DNA of 64,000 nucleotides from Parachlamydiales bacterium (GTDB lineage Bacteria; Chlamydiota; Chlamydiia; Chlamydiales; SM23-39): NCBI GenBank assembly GCA_041661445.1, contig JBAZUK010000001.1, positions 450,027 to 514,026 of the forward strand, read 5' to 3'. Shown piece by piece: positions 18,729 to 28,772 of this stretch (position 1 is its first letter; each line of letters starts with the position of its first letter). The notes under the pieces were generated by a model. It saw only the letters and a program-made list of their open reading frames with translations, ran no database searches and was not told where the DNA came from. The position numbers and the translations under genes were made by a program.

Positions 18729-19659
18729 TTCTAGTAAAACAAAATTTTTTTTTAAAAAAACGTTATTTATTTTTATTTTTCTTTTACCTATTTTTTGTAT
18801 AGCTGATGAAAATTCTCTTTATTTAGATAATTGGAAAACAATTATTGAAGGAACGGAAGACTTAGATCAATCTGATGGAAAGGATTGGAAACTTTCTAAT
18901 GAAATTAAAACTTTCAATGAATTTGAAGGAAAAAAAATTTTGTCATTTATTCGAGAAGGAGATTATACACATGCGGGAGAAGAAGAAGCGCTTGATTTAA
19001 TTATGGCTTTATTTCCAAAAGATAAAAATAGAAAGATTTTAGATGTAGCTTGTGGACTAGGGGCTTCAGCAGCCTATTTTCACAAAAATGATTGGGGTAA
19101 TGTTACCGGATTTGATATCGAAGAAGAGGCCATTCAATATGCTAAGAAAACGTATGGGAATATAAGCTTTTTTATCTCGGATGTTGCAAATGTTTCTGAA
19201 AAAATAAAAAATCCTGATTTCGATTTAATTTGTATTGTAAATTCTTTAGTCTGTTTTCCAGATCAATTGCAATCCCTAAAAGAATTGAGAAAACTTTCAA
19301 AATCTACTACCAAGCTTATTATTTTTGACTACACAGATTTAACAACAGGTAAAGATAATTTATTAGTTGGTATGGGAAAAAGGGCATCTTTTCTTCCAAT
19401 TAGAATTAAGGATTTTGAAACTTTGGTTGATAGGGCTGGTTGGAAAATTACAAAATATGTTAACTTGGATAGCAAATTTGAAATATGGTATAAAAATTTT
19501 TTAGATCTCGTTGAATCAAAAAGATTTGAAATAGATGAAAAATTTGGAAAAAATTCTACAAATTATGTTAGAGGTAAATACGATTTGATTTATTATGGAT
19601 TGAAGCAAAAATGGCTTGGTGGTTGTTTAATAGTTTTATCTTTAAAAGATGAGGAGTAA
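18721..19659 (+). CDS. Class I SAM-dependent methyltransferase with an N-terminal signal/anchor segment
   Basis: Motif I ILDVACGLGASAAYF followed by GFDIEEEAI. Hydrophobic N-terminus KTLFIFIFLLPIFCIA. I prefer the ATG at 18721, which overlaps the upstream stop (ATGAATAA), over the ORF-track start at 18697. Confidence 0.75.
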   Translation: MNNSSKTKFFFKKTLFIFIFLLPIFCIADENSLYLDNWKTIIEGTEDLDQSDGKDWKLSNEIKTFNEFEGKKILSFIREGDYTHAGEEEALDLIMALFPKDKNRKILDVACGLGASAAYFHKNDWGNVTGFDIEEEAIQYAKKTYGNISFFISDVANVSEKIKNPDFDLICIVNSLVCFPDQLQSLKELRKLSKSTTKLIIFDYTDLTTGKDNLLVGMGKRASFLPIRIKDFETLVDRAGWKITKYVNLDSKFEIWYKNFLDLVESKRFEIDEKFGKNSTNYVRGKYDLIYYGLKQKWLGGCLIVLSLKDEE

Positions 19660-19662
19660 TTA

Positions 19663-20193
19663 ATGCAAACAATATTTAATTTTTTAGTTCACACGCCTAT
19701 ATATGTATATTTTATTTTAATTTATTTGATAAGTGTTGGAATCCGATCCTCAAAAGATAGAATTGTATCTTTTTATAGAAGTTCTATTATCTTATGTGTG
19801 TTTTTTTATTTATTCATTCAAGGAATGGGAAGGCTTCAACTAAATGATAATTATTATTATTTAACTCTTTTTGTTCTTGTTTTTTCAGGCTTTTTTGGTT
19901 GGAAGCAAGTTGCAAATAAGAAAATAATTGTTGATAAAAAAAAGATGTTGATGGCTCTTCCAGGATCATATGCAACGATAATTTTAGTTTTTATTGTTTT
20001 TGCTACTAAATATTATTTGGGATATAAAAACTCTCAAGATCATTCATTTATTTTAAGTTCTAGTGCAAAATTATTAACGATAATCTCATCAGGATTTTCT
20101 TTTGGTTTTATGACAGGAAGATTTGTTAATTACCTCTATAGATTTAAAGTTAGTGAACATAAAAATTTGTCTAAAAATGATAGTGTATCATAA
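19663..20193 (+). CDS. Small polytopic membrane protein, unknown function
   Basis: GAGGAG ribosome-binding site upstream. It has 4-5 hydrophobic helices and is the last gene of the plus-strand NRPS/PKS operon. Confidence 0.5.
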   Translation: MQTIFNFLVHTPIYVYFILIYLISVGIRSSKDRIVSFYRSSIILCVFFYLFIQGMGRLQLNDNYYYLTLFVLVFSGFFGWKQVANKKIIVDKKKMLMALPGSYATIILVFIVFATKYYLGYKNSQDHSFILSSSAKLLTIISSGFSFGFMTGRFVNYLYRFKVSEHKNLSKNDSVS

Positions 20194-21633
20194 GTTATTA
20201 AAAAACTTTATGAGAGAGAAGAAAAATATCATTTTTTTAGTTAGTGATAATAATAATTTAGTTGAATGACTTTTGTTAGAAATTATTTTTAGATTTTTTT
20301 GTAATGAAATTTGAAAATTTGAAATTAGTAACATAATGTCATCATCATGAAATGAATCTCTGTCATAATCAATTCTAAAAGAAATTAAATCGTTATTTAA
20401 TATATTTATTGAAAAAATAATACTATAAGGAATTTTAGTAATAGAGGGATTTAATAAAGAAAAAGAATTGCTGATTTTCATATCTTCAAGTGAAGAAATT
20501 ACAAAAAGAATATTAAATAAAGGAGTTTTGTGAATTTCTCGCCATTTTTGGTCCGTATTTTTCACAATTTCTTGAAAAGGTAAATTTGCATGGGGAAGAA
20601 TTTGTTGATAATTTTTTATAACATTTAATAAAACATCTTCAAAACAATCATTTTCTAAAATCTTTGAACGTAATACTAGAACTCCACCAAAATATCCAAT
20701 TAATTTTTTTATTTCTTCTAAATTATCCCTATTAAAAATAGGTAATCCGACACACACTTCTTTTTGATTAAATAAATCAAGAAACAACTTAAGCAAGACT
20801 GAAAGAAAAAAAAATTTATATTTATCTATTCCATTGATACACCTCAATTGAGGTGAATCATATAAATAATTTTTAAATTTTGGAATCCTAATTTTTTTAG
20901 CTATAAATTTAGAAAAATATGGATATTGATAGCCTGAGATATCACTGATTCGCTTTGAAAAATTAATATTTTGATTTGATCCCAAAAGGTATTTCTTCCA
21001 AAAGTATATATGTTCTTGTTTGTTCTTGAATAAATACAGTGAAGATTGATGAGCTTCAGTTATTTGACTGCGCTGAATGATTTTTTTTATCAGAATACTT
21101 TTATCATCTCTGCCTTTAGAAATAAGTTCATAATAATACATAACTTCGTTTATGAGAATTGTGAATGAGGGATAACCATCTGAAATTATATGGTGCATAA
21201 CCATGGTAAGTATTGATTTATTATTAACCTGGATTAGGCTAACTCTGAACAAAGGCCATTTGTAAATTATAAAAGGTCTATTAATATAATCAGATACTAA
21301 CCGTTGGGTATTATGATAGTTTAATGAAGAGTCATTTGAGTTAGTAATATCCAATTCAAAGAAGACTTCGGGGAGTATGCACAATGTTGGATCTTCAAAT
21401 TCATCAATATATATAAAAGAGCGAAGAATTTCTTGAGTTTCAATAACTTTTTCAAATGCATATTTTAAAAAAATCTCATCAAGTCTTCTTTCAAAAATTA
21501 TTGCAATATTTTCATTAAAGGCTTCGCTATCAGGGCAAAATCTTGATAGAAAAAAAAAACGTTCCTCTGATGGAGTCAGAGTACAAATTTTATTTTCTGG
21601 TATTGAATTATCTTTAGTCAACTTTTTTATCAT
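20188..21633 (-). CDS. Free-standing NRPS condensation-domain protein
   Basis: 481 aa. N-terminal LTPSEERFFFL...ILRSF and the catalytic motif MHHIISDGYPS (HHxxxDG). There are no A or T domains. Confidence 0.8.
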   Translation of the reverse strand: MIKKLTKDNSIPENKICTLTPSEERFFFLSRFCPDSEAFNENIAIIFERRLDEIFLKYAFEKVIETQEILRSFIYIDEFEDPTLCILPEVFFELDITNSNDSSLNYHNTQRLVSDYINRPFIIYKWPLFRVSLIQVNNKSILTMVMHHIISDGYPSFTILINEVMYYYELISKGRDDKSILIKKIIQRSQITEAHQSSLYLFKNKQEHIYFWKKYLLGSNQNINFSKRISDISGYQYPYFSKFIAKKIRIPKFKNYLYDSPQLRCINGIDKYKFFFLSVLLKLFLDLFNQKEVCVGLPIFNRDNLEEIKKLIGYFGGVLVLRSKILENDCFEDVLLNVIKNYQQILPHANLPFQEIVKNTDQKWREIHKTPLFNILFVISSLEDMKISNSFSLLNPSITKIPYSIIFSINILNNDLISFRIDYDRDSFHDDDIMLLISNFQISLQKNLKIISNKSHSTKLLLSLTKKMIFFFSLIKFFNNL

Positions 21634-21647
21634 TTAGTTTTAAATTA

Positions 21648-22661
21648 TTAATTTTTGCTGGAATCATTCACTGACTTTAATAATATTGAAGCTAACTGAA
21701 TTTTTTTTTCATCAGAATCGATTCCTTGAGATGATTTTAGAAAGTCTAATAATGAAATATTAATATTTAGGTTAATCGATAATTTATCAGAGCTTGAGCA
21801 GTCTATTAAGGAACCTAAAGCATATCTAAACTTTACTAAATTTTTAAATAATTCAAGTTTTTCTAAATCTTCTGAAGTAAGTTCTCTTTTAAGGTAATTT
21901 TTTAGAAGTATTTCTTCATTATTTTTATTAAAACACCAAAAAATTGCAACAGTAGCGATATCATAATACGGATCTGATTCAGAGATTGTTGAGTCTATAA
22001 CAAAAAAATTATTTTCATGAAAAATTAGATTGCCGGGATGTAGTTCACAATGGCATATCTTTTTTTCAAAATTAATTTTTGTTTTTTTTGAATTACAATA
22101 ATTCAACGTTTTTAAAATAATCTTGCGAGTTTCCTCGTCAATAGATTTATTCAGAACTTTGTTAGCATCTCTTGCAATATCATCAAAAATATTTTTTTTT
22201 GCTATACTTGGATCGATTGGGATTGAATGAATTTTCTCTAAAATTTGAGAAAGCTTTAAGTATAAATCATTGCTTTTTCTGAAACTAATTGTTATGGGAT
22301 CTGGTTTAATATAGCTCATAATTAATAAATCATTTTTTTGATCAGAATAATATAATTTCGGTCCAATTCCATTATCAGAAAGAATTCTTGCAGATTTTTC
22401 TTCTTCAAGAAAAGAAATATTATATGGTTTAACAAACTTTGCTACGTAAGCATTTTGTGGAGTAATAATTTTAAAAATTCTTGATCCTGAATCCCCACCT
22501 GATAAATATTCTGTGCTAAGAACATTGCTGTTTCCTAATTTTTCTCTAATTATTCCACAGGCAAAATTGATTTCTTGTGAATTATCTATTTTGCTTGTAT
22601 CTACAAAACTTACTATTAGAAGAAAGGATAAAAATAAAAATAAACAACGAAAAACTTTCAT
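21648..22661 (-). CDS. Aminoglycoside-phosphotransferase/choline-kinase-fold (APH family) protein with a signal peptide
   Basis: Signal-like N-terminus MKVFRCLFLFLSFLLIVSF. Brenner-type motif CHCELHPGNLIF and VIDSTISESDPYYDIA. Glu sits where the catalytic Asp is expected. Confidence 0.6.
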   Translation of the reverse strand: MKVFRCLFLFLSFLLIVSFVDTSKIDNSQEINFACGIIREKLGNSNVLSTEYLSGGDSGSRIFKIITPQNAYVAKFVKPYNISFLEEEKSARILSDNGIGPKLYYSDQKNDLLIMSYIKPDPITISFRKSNDLYLKLSQILEKIHSIPIDPSIAKKNIFDDIARDANKVLNKSIDEETRKIILKTLNYCNSKKTKINFEKKICHCELHPGNLIFHENNFFVIDSTISESDPYYDIATVAIFWCFNKNNEEILLKNYLKRELTSEDLEKLELFKNLVKFRYALGSLIDCSSSDKLSINLNINISLLDFLKSSQGIDSDEKKIQLASILLKSVNDSSKN

Positions 22662-22895
22662 TTAAAAAAACCTTTAAATTACATATGTTAATAAAGATAA
22701 AAAATATTCTTACAAATTTTTGTAAGATAACAATCTTAGGACAATATTATTAAGATTTCAACAAGAAAAAAAATGATGTTAAATCGATCAAGAAAAATAA
22801 TATTTCTGGGAAAATAATAATTCTTTATTTTGTTTTATTCATGGTTTTGATAAATTCTTGAATTTAAAATTTTTATTTAAAAATAGGTGTTAATC

Positions 22896-23543
22896 ATGAG
22901 TAGTTCTATAGCTTCAACAAGTCAATTGGATTCTATTGATTTGTTAACCAATTATTTTACAGCAGCACCAAGAGATTTATTTAAGGGGTTTCACCACCTG
23001 ATTTTCTGGAATAAGCAGTATACCGGCAGAGAAAATCATTTCTCAAAAACCACTCTAGGAGCGTTTTCAAACGTATTTGAAGCTTTTAATCTCGTTGATT
23101 TTGTTGATAATGCTAATAAATTAAGAAGGTATTTATTAGGTAAAGATATAAGAGACATCAAGGATGCGGCATTGTTGCTAAGTGATACTTCAGGCAGTTT
23201 TTGCGATTCAGTTTCTTGGCTAAGCGCTATGATGGGAATTATTTCAATCAGTTCTTATGCAACTAGCTGGATAACATCGGTCAGCGGATCTTCTCTCATG
23301 TTTGGTTTTGCAGTAAGATCGATAGAAATTTTAGGGGATTTAAAAAACATTTCAAGAGCTGATGAAAGAAGAGTTCAATTCTTGATGCTTGTCAAAAACG
23401 TAGCTTTATTTGCTATTGGAGTTTTGGTTTTTTCATGCGGATGGTATTCTACGGCATTATCTTCTGTAAAAATAACGCTTTGCTCTTCAGCAGTTTTGAT
23501 TTCTAGTTTAGCAATACATTTTATTAGAAGTAAAAATTATTAA
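22896..23543 (+). CDS. Hypothetical membrane protein, Inc-like (C-terminal bilobed hydrophobic segment)
   Basis: ATG at 22896; the ORF track starts at the GTG at 22887. It has a ~40-aa hydrophobic stretch, VALFAIGVLVFSCGWYSTALSSVKITLCSSAVLISSLAIHFI, plus an earlier hydrophobic segment. Confidence 0.45.
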   Translation: MSSSIASTSQLDSIDLLTNYFTAAPRDLFKGFHHLIFWNKQYTGRENHFSKTTLGAFSNVFEAFNLVDFVDNANKLRRYLLGKDIRDIKDAALLLSDTSGSFCDSVSWLSAMMGIISISSYATSWITSVSGSSLMFGFAVRSIEILGDLKNISRADERRVQFLMLVKNVALFAIGVLVFSCGWYSTALSSVKITLCSSAVLISSLAIHFIRSKNY

Positions 23544-23552
23544 GGGATATTT

Positions 23553-26240
23553 TTAAGTTTTTTTTAATGACTTTTGAATTTTCTTGAACAAGAAGATATC
23601 TTTAGTTAAATGTTTTTTTTCAAAATGAAAGGCTTTTCTTAAAATGTTTTTGTTTTGCGATGTTATGTAATATGAAAAAAGACAATTAGAAAATGGATGG
23701 AAATTATCTTCTACCCCTGAGAAAAACGTTTTAGCTATTTCTAAACCTTCCTCATGATAGAGCAAAATTCCAAACAGAAAATATAAAGGGGAGTTAGCAT
23801 AAATTTTTTCCTCATCGGGATACTGATTTAAAATTTCTGCAGCCTGAGGGAAGAAATTCTCTAATAAATATGATCTGATTAATTCAGAATCGATTAAAAT
23901 TTTATGTTCTTTGTCAAAATGTAATTTTGATAAAATTTCATGACAATCAAGAATAACTTTATGTTTCTTGTTTTCTATTAACTTTTCTAAGATGAAGATC
24001 AAGATTCTGGTCTCATTAAAAGAAGGTTCTTTTCTAATTTCAGACAAAAATAAATATAAAATCTTTTCATAAGGTTGATTTAACAGCATTTTTATGAGCT
24101 CATAGGATTTTATTGATAATTTTTCTTTGTTTTTCTCAAGTTCTATTGAGGCTTTTTCAAGTTCGTTTAATTCAAGTAAAGAAAAAATCGCGTTTTCTAT
24201 GTTTATTTCATCCAGATAAGGTTTTTGAAGGATTTCAATTAACGTTCCGGGCTTGTTTAACATATATGCCAGTTTTATGCTTAAGCAGGGGATGAAATCC
24301 GTTGAATTTTCGATAAAATAAATGTTCTCAATGTTTTTGTTAAGACTTTCAATTAGATTTTTTAAATCGATGTTTAGAAAAATATTTGGCAAAAACCTTA
24401 GGGCAATTAGGATTATTCTTAAAGCAGCTTCTCTGTTCTGTTCGGAACTTTGAATCATTCTATAGATAATATATTCTTTTATGATCGGTTTTAAATGATG
24501 CTTAAAAAACTTTCTGATCATTAATTCCAGGCATTTGGCTTCTTCCTCAAAATCGTTTTTCTCTAAATAAACTAATGATTTTCCTAAATATTCTAATGGG
24601 CCGTAAGCAGTAGAATGCAATTTTTGAAATTCATCCAGCGTTAAATCGAACAACTGATTTTTTTTAGACTTGCTTTTTATTGTTTTTGATTTTCCCAATA
24701 ATGAAATTCCGGTTCTAAAGATTGCTTCTAAAGCTTCTTTTCTGCCAGGAAATGAAAAAGCTATTTTTTGATATTCTTTTATTGCGCTGTCATACTCTTC
24801 TTTGGCATAAAAGGCATCAGCAATTGCAAGGCAGTTTACCATTAGGTTATAAGATGATGTATATATTCTTAGATTTTCGATCTTAAAGAAAGTGTCCTGA
24901 TAGGCAATAGCGAAAAAATTTCCTCTCAGTGGTAGATGATTGATATGAGAAAAAATTAGCTCCTTATTTAAATAGAAATTCAATTTGTCTTCAGCTTTTT
25001 CAATTGTGATATGATTAAATTCATCAGGAGCAATATTGATTTTTTCATTAAATATCAATACGTTTGATCTTGTGATTTGAGTATCTTTTTTATTTAAATT
25101 CAGCCAAATATTATAGCCTTCATCAATAGAAAATTTTTTTTGTTTTTTTAAAAGGTTAAACAGAAAGCCGATCCCTTCTGAATTCTTCAAAAGAGAAACG
25201 TCTGCTTCTATTCTTATATTATTTGAAAATTCAAGGTTAGATACCATAAGTGTCATCCAGTTTGAAAAATCCAAGTCAATCGATATTGCGCTATGTTTTG
25301 CATGAAAGATATTTTCGTTGAACTGCCAGTCGTTTTTGTTATTTATATCTAGGTTGGCGGTTAATATCCATTCAGCTTTACCATCTATATAATCTTTTAA
25401 ATCCCCTATGAGGTCTTCAACATTTTGATATCTTTGATCCTCTTTTGGTGAGAGGCACTTCATGCAGATGTCAGAGAGTTTTTGAGGTATATCCCTATAA
25501 GGAGCTTTTTCTATCGGGCTTATGATTTTTTCTAGATGCATAGTTTTTTTTAATGTTTTTGCATCTCTTCTTTTAAAGGGGGTGTCCAGAGTTAGTATCT
25601 GGTATAAGATCACTCCCAAAGAATATATGTCAGATAAAATAGAAGCGGGTTTGCCTAAAACTCTTTCCGGCGACATGTAAGTAATTGTGCCGGCTGTTTT
25701 TCCGATCTGTGTTAATTCTTGATCTTCTTTACTTATGCAAAGAGTGTCGTATAATTCATTTTCATCAATAAATTTTGCTATTCCCCAGTCTAGTATTAAA
25801 ACTTCTCCAAATCTTCCGATTATAATGTTATCAGGCTTAAGATCGCGGTGTAAAATATTTTTTGAATGAATATACGCAACTGCTTCACAAACATTTAAAA
25901 AGAATCTTATCATAGTTGGAATTGAACTGCCGATTGGGTGGGTAGGCTCAAATTTTGTGGTTTTTATGATTTCCTTTAGGTTTTTGCCCTCAACATAAGG
26001 CATTGTATAATACGGCTCTTCGAGGTTAATGTCATAAATCGGGATTATTGAAGGATGACAGAGCGTGGATGATATCTTGGCCTCTCTTAAAAAACGTTTT
26101 TTTATCTGATCGTTTCCCTTTAGATCGTCACGTATTTTTTTTATAGCCACATGCCTTTTAGCTTCCGTGTCATAAGCTAAAAAAACTTCGCCCATTCCTC
26201 CTCGGCCCAAGCTTTTCTCGATTTTGTATCTTTGGTTCAT
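23553..26240 (-). CDS. pknD: Ser/Thr protein kinase, PknD-like, with a long helical-repeat C-terminal region
   Basis: Hanks kinase motifs LGRGGMGEV, VAIKKI, HRDLKPDNIII, DWG (DFG variant) and TITYMSPE. About 600 further residues follow, including TPR-like helical repeats. Confidence 0.85.
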   Translation of the reverse strand: MNQRYKIEKSLGRGGMGEVFLAYDTEAKRHVAIKKIRDDLKGNDQIKKRFLREAKISSTLCHPSIIPIYDINLEEPYYTMPYVEGKNLKEIIKTTKFEPTHPIGSSIPTMIRFFLNVCEAVAYIHSKNILHRDLKPDNIIIGRFGEVLILDWGIAKFIDENELYDTLCISKEDQELTQIGKTAGTITYMSPERVLGKPASILSDIYSLGVILYQILTLDTPFKRRDAKTLKKTMHLEKIISPIEKAPYRDIPQKLSDICMKCLSPKEDQRYQNVEDLIGDLKDYIDGKAEWILTANLDINNKNDWQFNENIFHAKHSAISIDLDFSNWMTLMVSNLEFSNNIRIEADVSLLKNSEGIGFLFNLLKKQKKFSIDEGYNIWLNLNKKDTQITRSNVLIFNEKINIAPDEFNHITIEKAEDKLNFYLNKELIFSHINHLPLRGNFFAIAYQDTFFKIENLRIYTSSYNLMVNCLAIADAFYAKEEYDSAIKEYQKIAFSFPGRKEALEAIFRTGISLLGKSKTIKSKSKKNQLFDLTLDEFQKLHSTAYGPLEYLGKSLVYLEKNDFEEEAKCLELMIRKFFKHHLKPIIKEYIIYRMIQSSEQNREAALRIILIALRFLPNIFLNIDLKNLIESLNKNIENIYFIENSTDFIPCLSIKLAYMLNKPGTLIEILQKPYLDEINIENAIFSLLELNELEKASIELEKNKEKLSIKSYELIKMLLNQPYEKILYLFLSEIRKEPSFNETRILIFILEKLIENKKHKVILDCHEILSKLHFDKEHKILIDSELIRSYLLENFFPQAAEILNQYPDEEKIYANSPLYFLFGILLYHEEGLEIAKTFFSGVEDNFHPFSNCLFSYYITSQNKNILRKAFHFEKKHLTKDIFLFKKIQKSLKKT

Positions 26241-26621
26241 ATAATTCCATTTGAAATTTTTAAGTTTAAATGCCGAAACCCATTCAAAGTCAAGATAATT
26301 TTATAAATTTCTTTTTAAGAATATTAAAATCATCTTTTGTATTTTTTTTTAATTAATATATAAATTTCAAATTATTTTAATTAAAAACAATAAATATTAT
26401 TATAATATATAATATTTATATATTTATTTATATAAAAATTATAAATTAATCATTAAAATAATATTTATGTCTTTTTTATAAAAATATATGATTTTATTTT
26501 AAAAAAACTCAAGTGCAGGATAAACTTTTTCATAAGAACAATAAATGTTTTTTTTAAAATTTTCAAGAAAGAAAAAACAATTAAACTAAACATTGTTTTT
26601 TTTAATTTTTAAGGCATAAAG

Positions 26622-27620
26622 ATGAATCAGAAAAAAGTAATTTTAACAGGAGATAGACCAACAGGACCTTTGCATTTAGGACATTTCGTTGGATCTTTAT
26701 CAAATCGTGTAAAAATGCAAGATGAATATAAGCAGTATGTTTTGATTGCAGACATGCAGGCATTAACTGACCATGCTTCTCAGCCGGAGCTGATAAGAAA
26801 AAGTATTTTAGAAGTAGCTTTTGATTATCTCTCAGTTGGGATCGATCCTAATAAATCCACTATTTTATTACAGTCATTGATACCGCAGATTTCTGAATTA
26901 ACAATGTATTTTTTAAATTTGGTCACATGGAATAGATTAAAACATAATCCGACGGTCAAACAAGAAATCATGCAGAAAAATTTTCAAGAAAACGTACCGG
27001 CAGGATTTATGATCTATCCGGTCTCTCAGGCAGCGGATATTACTATATTCAAAGCTAATGCTGTGCCGGTCGGAGCTGATCAGCTTCCTATGATAGAGCA
27101 GACCAATGAAATTGTTCGAAAATTTAACCGCATGTACAATAAAGAGATATTAATTGAGGCGGAAGGAATTGTTCCTGAAATATCCAGGCTTGTTGGAATA
27201 GACGGCAATGCTAAAATGGGAAAATCATTGAACAATGCCATATATCTTTCCGATGATGCAGATATTTTAAAGAAGAAAGTAATGTCAATGTATACAGACC
27301 CCAATCACTTAAAAGTAGAAGACCCTGGAAAAGTAGAAGGCAATCCTGTTTTTATATATCTGGATGTTTTTGATCCTGATAAAGAAAATGTAAGAAAAAT
27401 GAAAGAGCATTATTCGAAAGGTGGACTTGGCGATGTTGTTGTTAAAAGAAGACTTCTTGAAGTACTTAATAGTTTTTTAGATCCCATAAGGAAAAAAAGA
27501 AAGGAATTTGAAAAAGATCCCCAATATGTCTTGGATCTTATCTTTAAAGGCTCTGTCGAAGCTCAGAAAGTTGCAATCAATACTTTAAGAGAAGTAAAAA
27601 ATGCTATGGGCATGTATTAA
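26622..27620 (+). CDS. trpS: Tryptophanyl-tRNA synthetase
   Basis: 332 aa. HIGH region [16 protein letters not shown] variant KMGKS, and [14 protein letters not shown]. Confidence 0.95.
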   Translation: MNQKKVILTGDRPTGPLHLGHFVGSLSNRVKMQDEYKQYVLIADMQALTDHASQPELIRKSILEVAFDYLSVGIDPNKSTILLQSLIPQISELTMYFLNLVTWNRLKHNPTVKQEIMQKNFQENVPAGFMIYPVSQAADITIFKANAVPVGADQLPMIEQTNEIVRKFNRMYNKEILIEAEGIVPEISRLVGIDGNAKMGKSLNNAIYLSDDADILKKKVMSMYTDPNHLKVEDPGKVEGNPVFIYLDVFDPDKENVRKMKEHYSKGGLGDVVVKRRLLEVLNSFLDPIRKKRKEFEKDPQYVLDLIFKGSVEAQKVAINTLREVKNAMGMY

Positions 27621-27626
27621 AGAAAA

Positions 27627-27656
27627 GTAGCATCTGATTTTTATAAAAGATGCTAC
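27627..27656. terminator. Perfect 9-bp stem hairpin between convergent trpS and the downstream membrane-protein gene
   Basis: GTAGCATCT (27627-27635) and AGATGCTAC (27648-27656) flank a 12-nt loop. A T-run follows on the minus-strand reading (ttttcttt). Confidence 0.45.
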
Positions 27657-27663
27657 TAACAAT

Positions 27664-28044
27664 TTAACGTTTTTTATTTTCTTTGTCTTCTTCTTCAATT
27701 TCAAGGTTCTTATCTTCTTCTGTATCCTCTTCTTCAACATCTTTAGGTCCGAAAAATTCTCTAAAAAATACATAAATACCTCCAATAGTAAACAAAACAG
27801 GTAGAATTATATCCCATTTTATTTGAAATTGAACTGTAATATATACTCCTAAAAAAACTATGAGAGAGACGAACATATCAAATCTTCTGCCGAGCAAATA
27901 TTGTCTTAATGCGATTGGAAGACCAATCGCAAGCATTATTCCCGGCCACCAGTACTTGATATAAGAGATGATTCCAATGCCTATTAAGAACAAAGCAAAA
28001 GATAAACTGTGAGCTTTTTTTCTAGACATGATCGGTTTTGCCAT
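27664..28044 (-). CDS. Small membrane protein with an acidic C-terminal tail
   Basis: I prefer the ATG at 28044, which is preceded by AGGAGAtttt. The ORF track extends to 28110. It has hydrophobic helices and then an EEEDTEEDKNLEIEEEDKE tail. Confidence 0.5.
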   Translation of the reverse strand: MAKPIMSRKKAHSLSFALFLIGIGIISYIKYWWPGIMLAIGLPIALRQYLLGRRFDMFVSLIVFLGVYITVQFQIKWDIILPVLFTIGGIYVFFREFFGPKDVEEEDTEEDKNLEIEEEDKENKKR

Positions 28045-28296
28045 AAAATCTCCTAAAATATTTAGTTTATGCCTAAAGTTGAGTCTAAAACAGTTTTTTA
28101 AAAAAGCCAAGAACTAATTAGCTGTTCTAACTCCAAAGTTGTAATATCACAATTCTTGGTCAATTATTCTTTAAAATTTTCAGGTAATATTTGAATAATT
28201 ATTTTAAATGGGAGTCGGGAGACGCATTCAGAACTATTGATTGGATGGTTTTTGACCATAAATGAAATAGAGTTATTTAAGATAAGAAAGTAAATA

Positions 28297-28698
28297 TTAT
28301 TTTTGTCTTTTTATTATTTTATAATCATGGATTACTTCATTTAAATCTGTATCTAAGATAGCTCTTTGAGTCTTGCTGCTTATTATTTTATGATCTTTTT
28401 TATAATGTTTTTCTGTATTTTCCTCGATTTCTTCTATTATATGTAGGGTTCTTTTTTGATAAGTATTACGTATAAAAGCAACTAAGAAATTGCCTAAATG
28501 TATAGTTGATAAAGGTAATTCAATAAGATATCTTTTGGGAGATGATCCTCCATGAAACCGAGAATAGTCAGAAAAAATTTTATTTGAACATATCTTTATC
28601 CGGGGTAAGGGAATTATATTTAAAAGAGCTATAGATAACTTCATAAAGAAGAACCATAGATGTTTTGGAATATTAAGTATAAATTGAAATAAAATCAT
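28297..28698 (-). CDS. Hypothetical protein
   Basis: 133-aa ORF with a hydrophobic N-terminus and no recognisable motif. It is on the same strand as its neighbours. Confidence 0.3.
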   Translation of the reverse strand: MILFQFILNIPKHLWFFFMKLSIALLNIIPLPRIKICSNKIFSDYSRFHGGSSPKRYLIELPLSTIHLGNFLVAFIRNTYQKRTLHIIEEIEENTEKHYKKDHKIISSKTQRAILDTDLNEVIHDYKIIKRQK

Positions 28699-28772
28699 TT
28701 TTTTAATTGTATTTTTAATAATTTATTTTATGTTTTTTGCTATAAAAAGACTAGATCCAAAGTTATATGCAT

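Noticed and set aside
26241-26621. A highly AT-rich 380-bp spacer with many short TATA/ATAA repeats between pknD and trpS. I considered it as a repeat array or CRISPR-like feature.
   Set aside because: There is no regular repeat-spacer periodicity, only low-complexity AT tracts. It is most simply a divergent promoter region.
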